A stretch of 63,997 nt of DNA, counting the filler, from an uncultured bacterium (GTDB lineage Bacteria > Auribacterota > CAZIXI01), in assembly GCA_964543115.1 (NCBI GenBank). It is 5 parts of 5 records of this genome, joined end to end, with 100 filler letters (N's around TTAATTAATTAA, not from the genome) between each part and the next. Parts side by side here need not be neighbours in the genome. Positions count along the whole stretch, not along the records: positions 29,268 to 43,541 come from CAZIXI010000063.1; 4 more parts are not named here. One strand, 5' to 3'. Positions 29,532-38,973 of the stretch are shown here, in pieces; within the stretch, counting starts at the first letter, position 1, and each line of letters begins with the position of its first letter. The notes below the pieces were generated by a model. That model was not told where the DNA came from. It saw only the letters and a list, made by a program, of their open reading frames with translations, and did no database searches. A program made the translations under genes and the position numbers.

Positions 29532-31224
29532 TATTTTTGAACAAATGGCAGATATGCTGGAATTCAAGAATGATAACGTCTTTCGGATTAGCAGCTATCG
29601 TAAAGCGGCGCGCGCGCTTAAGGATTTAGCAGAGGATGTAGCTTTATTAGCTAAAGAAGGCAGATTAGCCGGGGTCCCGGGCATAGGTACGGGAATGGCT
29701 GAGAATATTAACCAGTATTTAAAAAGTGGGAAAATCGCCAAATATGCGGAGATAAAAAAGGGTGTTCCCGTTGGTATATTAAAAATATTGACTATTCCGG
29801 GAATGGGGCCGAAAACTGCTGCCTTGCTTTTTAAGGAAAAAGGCATTAAGGATATTAATCAGCTGGAGCGGGCGGTTAAAGCAGGGGCCTTGCGCGAATT
29901 ACCGGGAATGGGAAAGAAGAAGGAAGAGAATATTCTTCGCGGGATCAGGCTTCAGCAAGAGATGAAGGGGCGCATTCTGCTGGGAGTTGCCGTTCCGGTT
30001 GTAGAGGAAATGATCGCTTCTTTGAAGAAAAAAGGCCTTCCCCTGGTTTCTCCGGCGGGGAGTTTGCGGCGGATGAAGGAAAGTTTAGGAGATATTGATA
30101 TTCTGGTTGGGGCGAAGGGCGGTAAAAAGATAATTGCTGATTTTGTCAGACAGGCGGGGGTTAAAGAAGTTCTGGCCAGTGGTGATACCAAAGGCAGTGT
30201 TATTATGGAAGGTGATTTGCAGGTGGATATTCGGGTGGTGCAGCCATCTTCTTTTGGGGCAGCGTTGCAGTATTTTACCGGCTCCAAAGCCCATAATATA
30301 CGTCTAAGGGAAATTGCCAAGGGCCGGGGCTTAAAGATAAACGAATATGGAATATTTAAGGGGCAAAAAAAGATTGGCGGCAAAAGGGAAGAAGATATTT
30401 ATCGTATTCTTAAGTTGGATTGGATTCCGCCGGTCTTGCGGGAGGACAGGGGTGAAATAGAAGCGGCGCGCAGTTCAGGATTGCCGCGGTTGGTTCAATT
30501 AAAAGATATTAAGGGAGATTTACACGGACATTCAAATTGGAGTGACGGGACGGCGACTTTGGCTGAGATTGCAGAAGCGGGGAAGAAGATGGGTTATCAA
30601 TATATTGTTGTTTCTGATCATTCTCAATCATTGAAAATCGCCGGAGGTCTTAGTCCGGGTGAACTTGAAGAACAGATTCGCCGGATTAAAGAGTTGAACA
30701 AGCGGTTAAAGGGGATCACTCTTTTAAGCGCGAGTGAGGTGGATATCAAAAATGACGGTTCTTTGGATTTCCCTGATAAGCTTTTGGCAAAGCTGGATCT
30801 GGTAATTGGCGCCATTCATAGCGGTTTCAAGCAGGATGAGAAAACAATAACCTCCAGGATAATCAAGGCGATGCAGAATCCTAATCTGGATATTATTGCT
30901 CATCCCACTGGCAGGCTTATCGGGGCTAGAGAAGCTTATCAGATTAATCTGGAAGAGGTATTTAAGGCCGCGCGAGACACGCAAACCGCGATGGAAATAA
31001 ATTCTTACTATGACCGGTTGGATCTTAATGATGTCTTTTGCCGGCAGGCAAAAGAAAAAGGAGTAAAGCTGGCTTTAGGTACAGACAGCCATCATCCGGA
31101 TCAATTATGGATGATACAACTTGGTTTGGCAACAGCCCAGCGCGGTTGGCTAGAAAAAAATGACATTCTCAATACAATGAGTATTAATGAGTTACGTAAG
31201 TGGCGGAGCATTCGAAGAAGATGA
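29509..31224 (+). CDS. polX: DNA polymerase X / PHP 3'-5' exonuclease
   Basis: GSLRRMKESLGDIDIL, VDIRVV, LQYFTGSKAHN; PHP GDLHGHSNWSDG, SDHS, HPTGR, GTDSH. Confidence 0.93.
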   Translation: MKNREIADIFEQMADMLEFKNDNVFRISSYRKAARALKDLAEDVALLAKEGRLAGVPGIGTGMAENINQYLKSGKIAKYAEIKKGVPVGILKILTIPGMGPKTAALLFKEKGIKDINQLERAVKAGALRELPGMGKKKEENILRGIRLQQEMKGRILLGVAVPVVEEMIASLKKKGLPLVSPAGSLRRMKESLGDIDILVGAKGGKKIIADFVRQAGVKEVLASGDTKGSVIMEGDLQVDIRVVQPSSFGAALQYFTGSKAHNIRLREIAKGRGLKINEYGIFKGQKKIGGKREEDIYRILKLDWIPPVLREDRGEIEAARSSGLPRLVQLKDIKGDLHGHSNWSDGTATLAEIAEAGKKMGYQYIVVSDHSQSLKIAGGLSPGELEEQIRRIKELNKRLKGITLLSASEVDIKNDGSLDFPDKLLAKLDLVIGAIHSGFKQDEKTITSRIIKAMQNPNLDIIAHPTGRLIGAREAYQINLEEVFKAARDTQTAMEINSYYDRLDLNDVFCRQAKEKGVKLALGTDSHHPDQLWMIQLGLATAQRGWLEKNDILNTMSINELRKWRSIRRR

Positions 31225-31249
31225 TATTTTCTAAAAGAAAAAAAATTAC

Positions 31250-31278
31250 TTGACAAATATATGTTGTAGTGTTAAAAT
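31250..31278 (+). promoter_or_regulatory. Extended -10 sigma70 promoter
   Basis: TTGACA 31250-31255, 17 nt, TG-n-TAAAAT 31273-31278. Confidence 0.6.
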
Positions 31279-31357
31279 TAATATTGACAAAAACAGATAG
31301 GTCTCTTTTAAATTAGTTATCAATGTTTAAAATGTCAATTAACTGATGGAGGGTGTT

Positions 31358-32026
31358 ATGCCAATATCAATAAAATCCAAGATTAAATTAGCTGAACAGT
31401 TGTTGCAGGTTGACTTTCTGACGGACAGAGAGAAAGATATCTTGAAGATGCGATTAGGCATAGGCGGATATCATTGTTGTACGCTCCAGGAAATTGGTGA
31501 TAAATATGGAATCACCAGAGAACGGGTTCGGCAGATTGGTTCAGCTATTGCCAGGCGGACAAAAAAACATATACCTGACCAGGCAATTACCGCCAGTAAA
31601 TTATTTTCTAAGGCCTGGGAACCAAAGTATATGGCGCGTAAAAAACAGATAGCCCTGCGCAAAGCAGTAATCAGGAGGAACAGGTCCCTGGTCAGGAAAA
31701 AATATCAAAAGCTGGTGGAGAGTATTGTAGAGTTCTCCAAAAGCGGGGAAGGTAAGCAGAAAATAGATGCCCTATTCAAAGAATTACGAATTAAATATCG
31801 GAGGAATAAAAGTCTCTTTGATGATTATCTTGTTGATGAATTAAAGCGTTGGCGGCAGCGTTATATCGAAATTAAGCGTAAGGGAGTTGCCCCTTCTGCT
31901 CCGATAATAGAGCCGGCGGCACCTGTTGTGTCGCCGGAAGCGCCGGTCGAACAGCAGGAAGAAAAACCTCAGGAACAACCGCCTCAGGAACAGCCGCCGA
32001 CGGAAGGACCGGAACAGATACAATAA
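31358..32026 (+). CDS. Stand-alone sigma70 region 4 HTH protein with acidic Pro/Gln tail
   Basis: LTDREKDILKMRLG...TLQEIGDKYGITRERVRQI; GGAGG RBS; no region 2 present. Confidence 0.75.
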   Translation: MPISIKSKIKLAEQLLQVDFLTDREKDILKMRLGIGGYHCCTLQEIGDKYGITRERVRQIGSAIARRTKKHIPDQAITASKLFSKAWEPKYMARKKQIALRKAVIRRNRSLVRKKYQKLVESIVEFSKSGEGKQKIDALFKELRIKYRRNKSLFDDYLVDELKRWRQRYIEIKRKGVAPSAPIIEPAAPVVSPEAPVEQQEEKPQEQPPQEQPPTEGPEQIQ

Positions 32027-32101
32027 GAAAATCACACGCAAGTTAACGCAGATTTTCGTCTTGGTCAAACAGGGGAAGATCTGCGTTTTTTTGTATAAAA
32101 A

Positions 32102-32647
32102 TTAAACACTTAATTCTGATGTTTTTAGAATAGGAAATACCGGATAACCTTTATCTTCCAGGAATTTTACCCCGCCCTCTTCCCGGTCCACAAGGATAAG
32201 TACCTTGGTAATCTTTGCCCCGAATTTTTCTACATGTTCTATTGCCTTGTAGATAGAATTACCGGTAGTAATTACATCTTCGATAATAGCGACCTTGGCG
32301 CCCGGGACGAGCGGCCCTTCAATCATTTGTTGGGTGCCGTGTTTCTTCGGCTGTTTTCTGACAATGAAGGCATTTAGCGGTATTTTTTGTTGCCAGCACT
32401 CATAGAGGACGGCACCCAGGAAAGGGTCCGCGCCCATTGTTGGACCGCCGATACTGTCAATATCTTGGAGTTGCTGGGTGAATAGTTTGGCGGCTAAGAC
32501 AATTCCGTCACGGTCAAGAGTCGTTCTTTTTGCGTCTATATAATAAGAACTTTTTTTCCCGCTGGCCAAGGTAATCGGCCCGCGGATAATAGATTTTTCA
32601 TTAACTATTTTTAACAATTTTTGCTTTAGATCTGTGTCATAAGCCAT
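32102..32647 (-). CDS. pyrE: Orotate phosphoribosyltransferase
   Basis: LASGKKSSYYID, GGPTMGA, VRKQPKKHG, IIEDVITTG PRPP-binding motif. Confidence 0.95.
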   Translation of the reverse strand: MAYDTDLKQKLLKIVNEKSIIRGPITLASGKKSSYYIDAKRTTLDRDGIVLAAKLFTQQLQDIDSIGGPTMGADPFLGAVLYECWQQKIPLNAFIVRKQPKKHGTQQMIEGPLVPGAKVAIIEDVITTGNSIYKAIEHVEKFGAKITKVLILVDREEGGVKFLEDKGYPVFPILKTSELSV

Positions 32648-32660
32648 AATCTCACTCCTT

Positions 32661-32791
32661 TTTTTAACTAGGGACAGCGACTAGTTATTAAGAATTAAAA
32701 CATCGTAAATAGTTAAGAAAATTTTTATGGGCAATAATATCTTACCCTTACTATAAAGCTTTAATAACTAGTCGCTGTCCCTAGTTAAAAA
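32661..32791. repeat. Perfect 31-bp inverted repeat, 69-bp AT-rich spacer (MITE-like)
   Basis: tttttaactagggacagcgactagttattaa (32661-32691) is the exact reverse complement of 32761-32791. Confidence 0.9.
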
Positions 32792-32879
32792 GAATATTGT
32801 TGTCTAAGTTACTTTTTGTGTTATAATTATAATCTAACTAAACTAACAGAGCAATAACTTTAATCGCGGATTGTTCTTA

Positions 32880-32910
32880 AATCCGAAATCCGAAATCCGA
32901 AATCCGAAAT
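32880..32910 (+). repeat. AATCCGA heptamer tandem (x4)
   Basis: Read directly; related to the CCGCAAT heptamer. Confidence 0.85.
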
Positions 32911-32927
32911 CGGTAAAGGGGGTCAAT

Positions 32928-33359
32928 ATGACAGAAGAAGAAAAAACTCCGGCGACACCACCAGAGAAACCGGCAGAAGAAAAAGAAGCCAAAGCCCAAC
33001 CGGCAGAGCAGGCTAGCCCGGCGCCGGAGCAGGCGCCCGCTCCGGAAAAGAAAAAAGAGGAAAAGCCGGCAGAACCGGAAAAACAGGAAGAGAAGCCCCA
33101 GGCGGAAGAGAAACCAGCACCGGTAAAAGAACCGGCTGAGCCGGTCGCTGAAGCACCAAAGGAAGAAGTAGCTGCACCGGCAAAAGAAGCGCCGGCAGAA
33201 CAACCTAAGCCAGAGAAAAAAGTACCGGAAAAGCCTAAGGCCACAAGCTGCACACAGTGTAATAAGCCGTTGAAGCATAGAATGTGGTATTACCGGAACG
33301 GGAAATTCTACTGTAATAAACGCTGCTGGAAAAAAACCACAGAAAAAGTAGCGGAGTAG
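32928..33359 (+). CDS. Low-complexity P/E/K/A protein with C-terminal Zn-finger-like motif
   Basis: EKPAE-type repeats then CTQC...YYRNGKFYCNKRCW. Confidence 0.7.
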   Translation: MTEEEKTPATPPEKPAEEKEAKAQPAEQASPAPEQAPAPEKKKEEKPAEPEKQEEKPQAEEKPAPVKEPAEPVAEAPKEEVAAPAKEAPAEQPKPEKKVPEKPKATSCTQCNKPLKHRMWYYRNGKFYCNKRCWKKTTEKVAE

Positions 33360-33423
33360 AAGTAAGTCAAATATTTGATTATCCGAGTTTTAATCTTTAA
33401 TCCCTGGCGTATAAATGTTAACT

Positions 33424-34863
33424 TTAGCGGAACAGCGGGGCGTCCTGGAAGGCCTTCCTCAGTGATTCATCATGCGCGGCAGCTTTTTTAAAGAGATCCT
33501 GCTTCTGTATCGTTAAAATCTCTTCGGCGTTTCCGTCAATAACCTTTAACTGAAAAAAATCAAAGAAATCATATTTTTCGCAGCGATTCTTTATTGCCCA
33601 TAAGGAAAGATTGAGGAGACGGTTCATAGTCGTCTCATCTTCTATGTCTGAGGTAATTGATAATTCCAGCGTGTTTTCGCTGGGCTCAGACATCTTTTTA
33701 TCCGGCCGTATTTTATCCTCTACCAGCAGTTTTGCGTCAACCTTAATTTCCGGCACATTCAGGTCCGCTTCCTTATCCGGGTAAAGAATGTTATAGGCCT
33801 TGTTAATATCCTGGACCAGTTTGCTGATTATTACTTTTACAACAAGAGAAATCTGTTCAGCAAAAAAATCCTGAAAATCAATATCTTTGATGTAGAGATC
33901 ATCCGTTTGCCAAAGAGATATGTCTCTATATTGGGCCAGTTCCGCCGGTAATTTATCTATTGTATATATCTCTTCAATCCCCGGTTTTTCCAGTCCGGTA
34001 TTAATCAGGACAAAAAGTCCCTTAGCGGTCACTGCCTCATTGTCAGGTTTCGCGGTTTGCAGGTAATAAAGCCGTTTATTTTCGCCTACCTGTACAGATT
34101 TTAATTCAGCGTTGAGGGTAAGCAGATTTAGGTTTTTTTCCTTGAAGCTGAGGAGAAAAAGCGCCTTCTGGATAAGTTCATTGCCGATCTTTTTACTGTC
34201 CATAATAACACCGCCGACATCCCGGAAATAGCTGAAATCAATACCGCTGACCCAGTTGGCGGACGTTTTTTTAAGGTCAACGATGGAAAAAATGACCTGG
34301 TTGATTATGCCCATGTCCGGGTCACGAAGATTAATTACACAAAAATCCAGCGGGGCATCGAGGGAAACGCATAACCGGCGAACGGCCTGGAGAAATCTGC
34401 GGACAATCGGTTTGGCCTTCTCGGTGATGCAAAGTGGGCATTTGAGTTCCGGAACATATTCCTCTAAATCTCCCCGGAGATTAAGTCCTTCTTCCACGGC
34501 CGGCTGTTGTAGTTTTACCCAGGTAGTCTTAGACTGAGAATCAAAGTCCACTTCACAGACATTGATAATTCGGTTTAGTAATGTTTTGGCCTTTTCCTTG
34601 TTCTCTTTTCTTTCCGGCGGCCCGAAAAGGCCTTCAATGGTTATTTGAGCCCCCAGAGTTTTATTGACTATTTTTGCCTGGATGGGGTCTTTAATGCCAT
34701 AGTCGCGGCGGCAGATTTCCTGCAGTGTCTGCTCGACATTCTCTGGAGAGTAGCAGGGCCGCAGCAGGCCCCGGCCCACAATGTAGAGCCCATAGAATAG
34801 ACCGATCACCAGCGAAACTGCAACAAGAATGCCTAAGGGGATAAAAAAACGTTTTAAATTCAT
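33424..34863 (-). CDS. Hypothetical N-terminally membrane-anchored protein
   Basis: 479-aa ORF with single N-terminal TM, immediately downstream of the FtsH-like gene. Confidence 0.7.
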   Translation of the reverse strand: MNLKRFFIPLGILVAVSLVIGLFYGLYIVGRGLLRPCYSPENVEQTLQEICRRDYGIKDPIQAKIVNKTLGAQITIEGLFGPPERKENKEKAKTLLNRIINVCEVDFDSQSKTTWVKLQQPAVEEGLNLRGDLEEYVPELKCPLCITEKAKPIVRRFLQAVRRLCVSLDAPLDFCVINLRDPDMGIINQVIFSIVDLKKTSANWVSGIDFSYFRDVGGVIMDSKKIGNELIQKALFLLSFKEKNLNLLTLNAELKSVQVGENKRLYYLQTAKPDNEAVTAKGLFVLINTGLEKPGIEEIYTIDKLPAELAQYRDISLWQTDDLYIKDIDFQDFFAEQISLVVKVIISKLVQDINKAYNILYPDKEADLNVPEIKVDAKLLVEDKIRPDKKMSEPSENTLELSITSDIEDETTMNRLLNLSLWAIKNRCEKYDFFDFFQLKVIDGNAEEILTIQKQDLFKKAAAHDESLRKAFQDAPLFR

Positions 34864-34864
34864 A

Positions 34865-36637
34865 TTATTGATCTTTTATTTCCTTTTTTTTATCCTCCGC
34901 CATTTTTTCCTGGGCGGGGAGTTTTTCACCAAGCGGCCCGATGGTTTCCCGGAACTGTTTCAATAGTCCTTCTTCCTCAATTTTGCGGACTGGGGTATGA
35001 CCGTATTTCTGGCAGATGGAGTCGATTTCTTCGTATTCCAACTCATCTTTAGTCAGCAGGGCCTCGGCCAGCTTGTCCATCAGCTCGGTTTCTTTCACCA
35101 AAAGCTGTTCTACTTCCTGATAACAGGTTTTAAGGAGTTGGGCCACTTCTTGATTTAACCTTTCTTTTGTCGAGTCAGAGAGATGTGTCAGCATACCTTC
35201 CAGGCTGTTGGTTCGGCCGAGAGGTGTGGCAAAATCGCCCACTATTCCTTCACCGCTCATGCCCAGGCGCCAAACCATCATTTGAGCAATATAGGTGGCG
35301 TTACGAAAATCAGATGTTACCCCGCTGGAGGTTGCCCCAAACTTCAGTTTTTCAGCCACATAACCGCCAAAGGAGGTCTTGATCTGGGCCAGGTGGTATT
35401 CCCTGTCCTTGGCGATGATTTCCTCCAGTGGTTGGGTATGACAAACTCCCAGGGTTTCACTCCTGGTAACAATAGAGAGTTTAAAGACATCGTCAAGCGG
35501 ATGCAGGTAATAGGCGACAATCGCATGACCGGCTTCGTGGTAAGCGGTATTTGTTCTTTCTTTGGGCGCGATTTTGCGTTTTCTTTTTAATCCCAGATCG
35601 ATCCGTTCCATGGCCCCGGAGATATCTTCATGTTCCACTTTTTCCCGGCCATTACGGGTAGCAATCAGGGCGGCTTCTTTAACAATATTTTCAATATCCG
35701 CCGGGCTCTTAGCGACGGTATAATTAGCCAGCCGGCGGCAATCAATATTGGCCGCGTGAGTTACTTTACCCAGGTAGAAACGGAATAATTTTTCTCTGTC
35801 CTCTACCAGGGGTTTATCTATATGGATTTTCCGGTCGAATCTTCCCGGCCGCAGTAATGCCGGATCTATCGAGCTCATATCGGCATTAGTTGCCCCGATA
35901 ACGATAATATTCTCAGTGCTGCTGCGGAGCCCGTCCATTTCCGAAAGGAGCTGGTTCTGGGTGCTGTTGGTTTCCATACCGCCGCCGCCCCATTGGTTGA
36001 AACTACGTGCTGATCCAATAACGTCCAATTCATCTATAAAGACAATACAGGCCCCTTCAGCTTTGGCATATTGCCGGGCTTTCTTAAATAGTTTTCTTAC
36101 CCGGCTGGCGCCAACCCCGACGAATACCTCGACAAATTCACTTCCCACCATGGAGATAAAGGGAATATCAGCTTCGGTGGCAATGGCCTTGGCCAAAAGT
36201 GTTTTTCCGCAGCCCGGAGCGCCGATCATCAAAATACCTTTAATGATTTTTCCGCCGATATGTTTAATTCTTTTGTGGTCCTTAATCAGATTGACCACTT
36301 CCATTGCTTCTTCTTTTGGCTCTTCCAGGCCGATAACGTCGTTAAAGCTGACATTTACCCGTTTGCCTTTGATCCGGCTTTTGCGTAAACGGCTGAATCC
36401 GCCCCTGAGTACCAGGGTATACATACTGACGAAAATTACCGCCTGGACGGCTCCCATGGGGAGATAAATCAAGGTTTGCGCCAATGCCGCTTTACGCATA
36501 TAACTGTCCACGGAAATAAAGGCCAGGACACCCCAGAAGATAACAGCCAGTATTACTGCGGCAAAAATAACAATAATTAGTTTTAGCCAATGAAACTGGA
36601 AAAAAAGATTTATTTTCTGCACTATACTTCTTCTCAT
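34865..36637 (-). CDS. FtsH-like AAA+ zinc metalloprotease
   Basis: Walker A GAPGCGKT, Walker B VFIDELD, SRH ATN...DPALLRPGRFDR, HEAGH; two N-terminal TMs with very short periplasmic loop. Confidence 0.9.
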   Translation of the reverse strand: MRRSIVQKINLFFQFHWLKLIIVIFAAVILAVIFWGVLAFISVDSYMRKAALAQTLIYLPMGAVQAVIFVSMYTLVLRGGFSRLRKSRIKGKRVNVSFNDVIGLEEPKEEAMEVVNLIKDHKRIKHIGGKIIKGILMIGAPGCGKTLLAKAIATEADIPFISMVGSEFVEVFVGVGASRVRKLFKKARQYAKAEGACIVFIDELDVIGSARSFNQWGGGGMETNSTQNQLLSEMDGLRSSTENIIVIGATNADMSSIDPALLRPGRFDRKIHIDKPLVEDREKLFRFYLGKVTHAANIDCRRLANYTVAKSPADIENIVKEAALIATRNGREKVEHEDISGAMERIDLGLKRKRKIAPKERTNTAYHEAGHAIVAYYLHPLDDVFKLSIVTRSETLGVCHTQPLEEIIAKDREYHLAQIKTSFGGYVAEKLKFGATSSGVTSDFRNATYIAQMMVWRLGMSGEGIVGDFATPLGRTNSLEGMLTHLSDSTKERLNQEVAQLLKTCYQEVEQLLVKETELMDKLAEALLTKDELEYEEIDSICQKYGHTPVRKIEEEGLLKQFRETIGPLGEKLPAQEKMAEDKKKEIKDQ

Positions 36638-36694
36638 TATGGTATTCCTCCTTTTTCTTTAACTGAAGCTACAACCTCCCTAAATATATATAAT

Positions 36695-36723
36695 AGTATA
36701 ACATATAAAGAGGCACTTGTCAA
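36695..36723 (-). promoter_or_regulatory. Extended -10 sigma70 promoter of FtsH-like gene
   Basis: Minus strand TTGACA (36723-36718), 17 nt, TG-n-TATACT (36700-36695). Confidence 0.65.
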
Positions 36724-36842
36724 GATCTGAGCGTCTATTCGGTTAACGCCTTAAGGGGGAAGTGATTAACTGGATTACAGAATTAAAACTACAAAACTAA
36801 AAACGTTGGATTAAGTAATGGCTGGATTGTGTTGTCTGGAGG

Positions 36843-36884
36843 AAAAGCTTACGGGTCCGCGGTTAATACCCGCGGACCCGTAAG
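36843..36884 (-). terminator. Intrinsic terminator of the DUF3352 gene
   Basis: 15-bp perfect stem cttacgggtccgcgg/ccgcggacccgtaag followed by CTTTT on minus strand, just after stop at 36897. Confidence 0.7.
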
Positions 36885-36896
36885 AAGGGACTATTT

Positions 36897-38822
36897 TTAT
36901 AGATCTTCTACCCGGAGAATAAGGGTTTGTTCGATGTGGTCCTTTTTATTTTCAGCGGCAGTAGCAATTACCTTAGCCGCTTTCAGGGTAGTTAATATGG
37001 GAATAACATTGTCCTTGATGGTGGTAATGGTAGCCTCTGCCTGGGCCTTGCGTTGATTAAAGGCCTTGGCCTCATCAGGATCCTCTGGGGGCGGTCCCTG
37101 CGGGATACTCAGCTGCTGAAAACTGATGATCCAGTTACAGATATCAACGCCGATTTCCATCAGTCTTTCCATATTAATATAACTGGCCTGATTATTTTCC
37201 TTGGGCAGGTCAGCGGCTATTTGCTGGTAGAGCGGATCCTGCGTTAATGGTTTTTTCTTGCCTTTCTTAACGTCAATTATCTCCTGCAGGGTCTTAGTGG
37301 TGGCGCCGATAATCAGGAAATTATCCAGATAGGTGTAGCCGGGGGCCAGGCCGGTACCCATTAGCGGCAGCTGAACGGCGGTAATTGGCTGCTCTTCATA
37401 GGTCTCTTCTGTCAGATTGATCTGCATCCGCAGGCCGGGAGTAGGCCGGTCAGCTATGTCCTCTTCCAGCTCGGCGGCAGCGGTTTCTGTTACTCCCTCT
37501 TCTGCTGGTTTCGGTACCTGAGCGGCAGCGGTCTCTGTTGTTGCCTTCTCGTTGTTTTTCGCAACCAGATCAGCGATCAGTTTACTGGTTTTTTCTTGAT
37601 CCTTTATTTTGAGGATCAGCCCGAGTTTCGGAATGGGGACCAGTCCTTCGGTGATGATATCGGAAAAGACAAAGGCAGCCTCATTGCCAAGCAGCGGGAA
37701 AACGTCGGTCTCCAGATCAATTCCCCAGGCCGTTTCAAAGTTGGTGATTCCATCCAGGATAGGCTGTGTTTGTTCGGGTGTCTGGGCCTTAATCAGAGTT
37801 TCCTGCCATAGTTTCCACATGGAGGCCAGGTCCAGAGAACCGGAAACAAAATAAAGCATGGCCTTTTCCGGTATCAAACGCAGGCTCTCCGGTACAGCGG
37901 GCGCGGTTTCCCACATCTTCTTCATTTCTGGATCAAGTCCCTCGGTATTAGGATAAATATAGATCTTGGTAATCAAACCCTCTTTAATCTCTGTCCAGCC
38001 GCCCATATAGTTGATTGTTTCCAGACCGGTGGCCGTTGTGGCCGGGGTGCCGGCAGGGCCGGGCAGGGTCAGGGCCTGGAAATAATCTTTCATTTTGGTA
38101 AAGTCAATGAAGAATAAGCCGGCCAGATTTTTCTTGGTAGCAGCCTTGGCGGCGATGTCTTTAAATCTTGCTGTGTTGGCCAGCGAAGCATCTTTTGAAC
38201 CAGCGGCCAGAGCAAGTGTTTTTTGCACACAGGCCAGAGAATCTCCCAGGCCGATAATCAAAGTGGATTTATGGATGGTCAGATAGACATCCGGTTGATC
38301 GGCGGTCAAGGCCTTGATTTTGGTAATAGTTGATTTTTCGTGAGCTATTTCTTCAACTCTTGTTGGGTCATCTTCTTTGATTTTAGCAATTATTGGGTCA
38401 ATTATTGTGCTTAATGCCTGTTTGCTTTTTCCCTGGCAAAGAAGTTCTATTTGTGGGGGTACGTTAGCATCGGTACCCGGAGTGAGGGCGATAATTAGTT
38501 GTTGCCCGGCCAGGTTCATCAGGTTTTCTTCGCTTAATTCAATGCCAATGTTTTGTTTAAATTGATTTTTTAGATCTTGGATCCCGCTGGCTACCTGGAG
38601 GTCGGTCCAGGTGCTTAAACTGGTTAATTCGCCCCAGAAACGGCTGGTTTTGATATCGTCCCAGATTGTTTCTAGGTTCTCCAGGGAATAGTAAAAGGCC
38701 ACGTCTTGTGGGACAAGCTCCGTTAAGGCTGCCTTTTCCGGCTTGACTACGGTGTCTTTCAGGAACCAGACTGCCGCGCCAACAATTAGCAAAACCAAAA
38801 CAACAATAAGCAGTTTCTTCAT
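36897..38822 (-). CDS. DUF3352-like exported protein
   Basis: Signal/anchor helix; LVPQDVAFY, LRLIPEKAMLY, LLGNEAAF, NFLIIG, SYINME duplicated-domain pattern. Confidence 0.65.
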   Translation of the reverse strand: MKKLLIVVLVLLIVGAAVWFLKDTVVKPEKAALTELVPQDVAFYYSLENLETIWDDIKTSRFWGELTSLSTWTDLQVASGIQDLKNQFKQNIGIELSEENLMNLAGQQLIIALTPGTDANVPPQIELLCQGKSKQALSTIIDPIIAKIKEDDPTRVEEIAHEKSTITKIKALTADQPDVYLTIHKSTLIIGLGDSLACVQKTLALAAGSKDASLANTARFKDIAAKAATKKNLAGLFFIDFTKMKDYFQALTLPGPAGTPATTATGLETINYMGGWTEIKEGLITKIYIYPNTEGLDPEMKKMWETAPAVPESLRLIPEKAMLYFVSGSLDLASMWKLWQETLIKAQTPEQTQPILDGITNFETAWGIDLETDVFPLLGNEAAFVFSDIITEGLVPIPKLGLILKIKDQEKTSKLIADLVAKNNEKATTETAAAQVPKPAEEGVTETAAAELEEDIADRPTPGLRMQINLTEETYEEQPITAVQLPLMGTGLAPGYTYLDNFLIIGATTKTLQEIIDVKKGKKKPLTQDPLYQQIAADLPKENNQASYINMERLMEIGVDICNWIISFQQLSIPQGPPPEDPDEAKAFNQRKAQAEATITTIKDNVIPILTTLKAAKVIATAAENKKDHIEQTLILRVEDL

Positions 38823-38973
38823 AGTCCACTCCTCCCTTATAAGTTCTGAAACGGTGATTTCCGAAAATTTGACAAATAGAGTTAATCATAAATGTACCCT
38901 AAAAGTCAAGGGAAAAAAATGACTTTTAATCATTGTCGTTCAGGGGGCTTTTTGATAAAGTATTTAGTAAATT

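Noticed and set aside
29268..31224. Mut7-C plus PolX/PHP as a defence or repair island
   Set aside because: Both are widespread genes; no further evidence of a dedicated system, and the contig starts mid-gene.
32843..33278. Phe/Ser/Gly-rich and Phe/Arg-rich minus-strand ORFs
   Set aside because: Antisense shadows of the low-complexity P/E/K/A gene.
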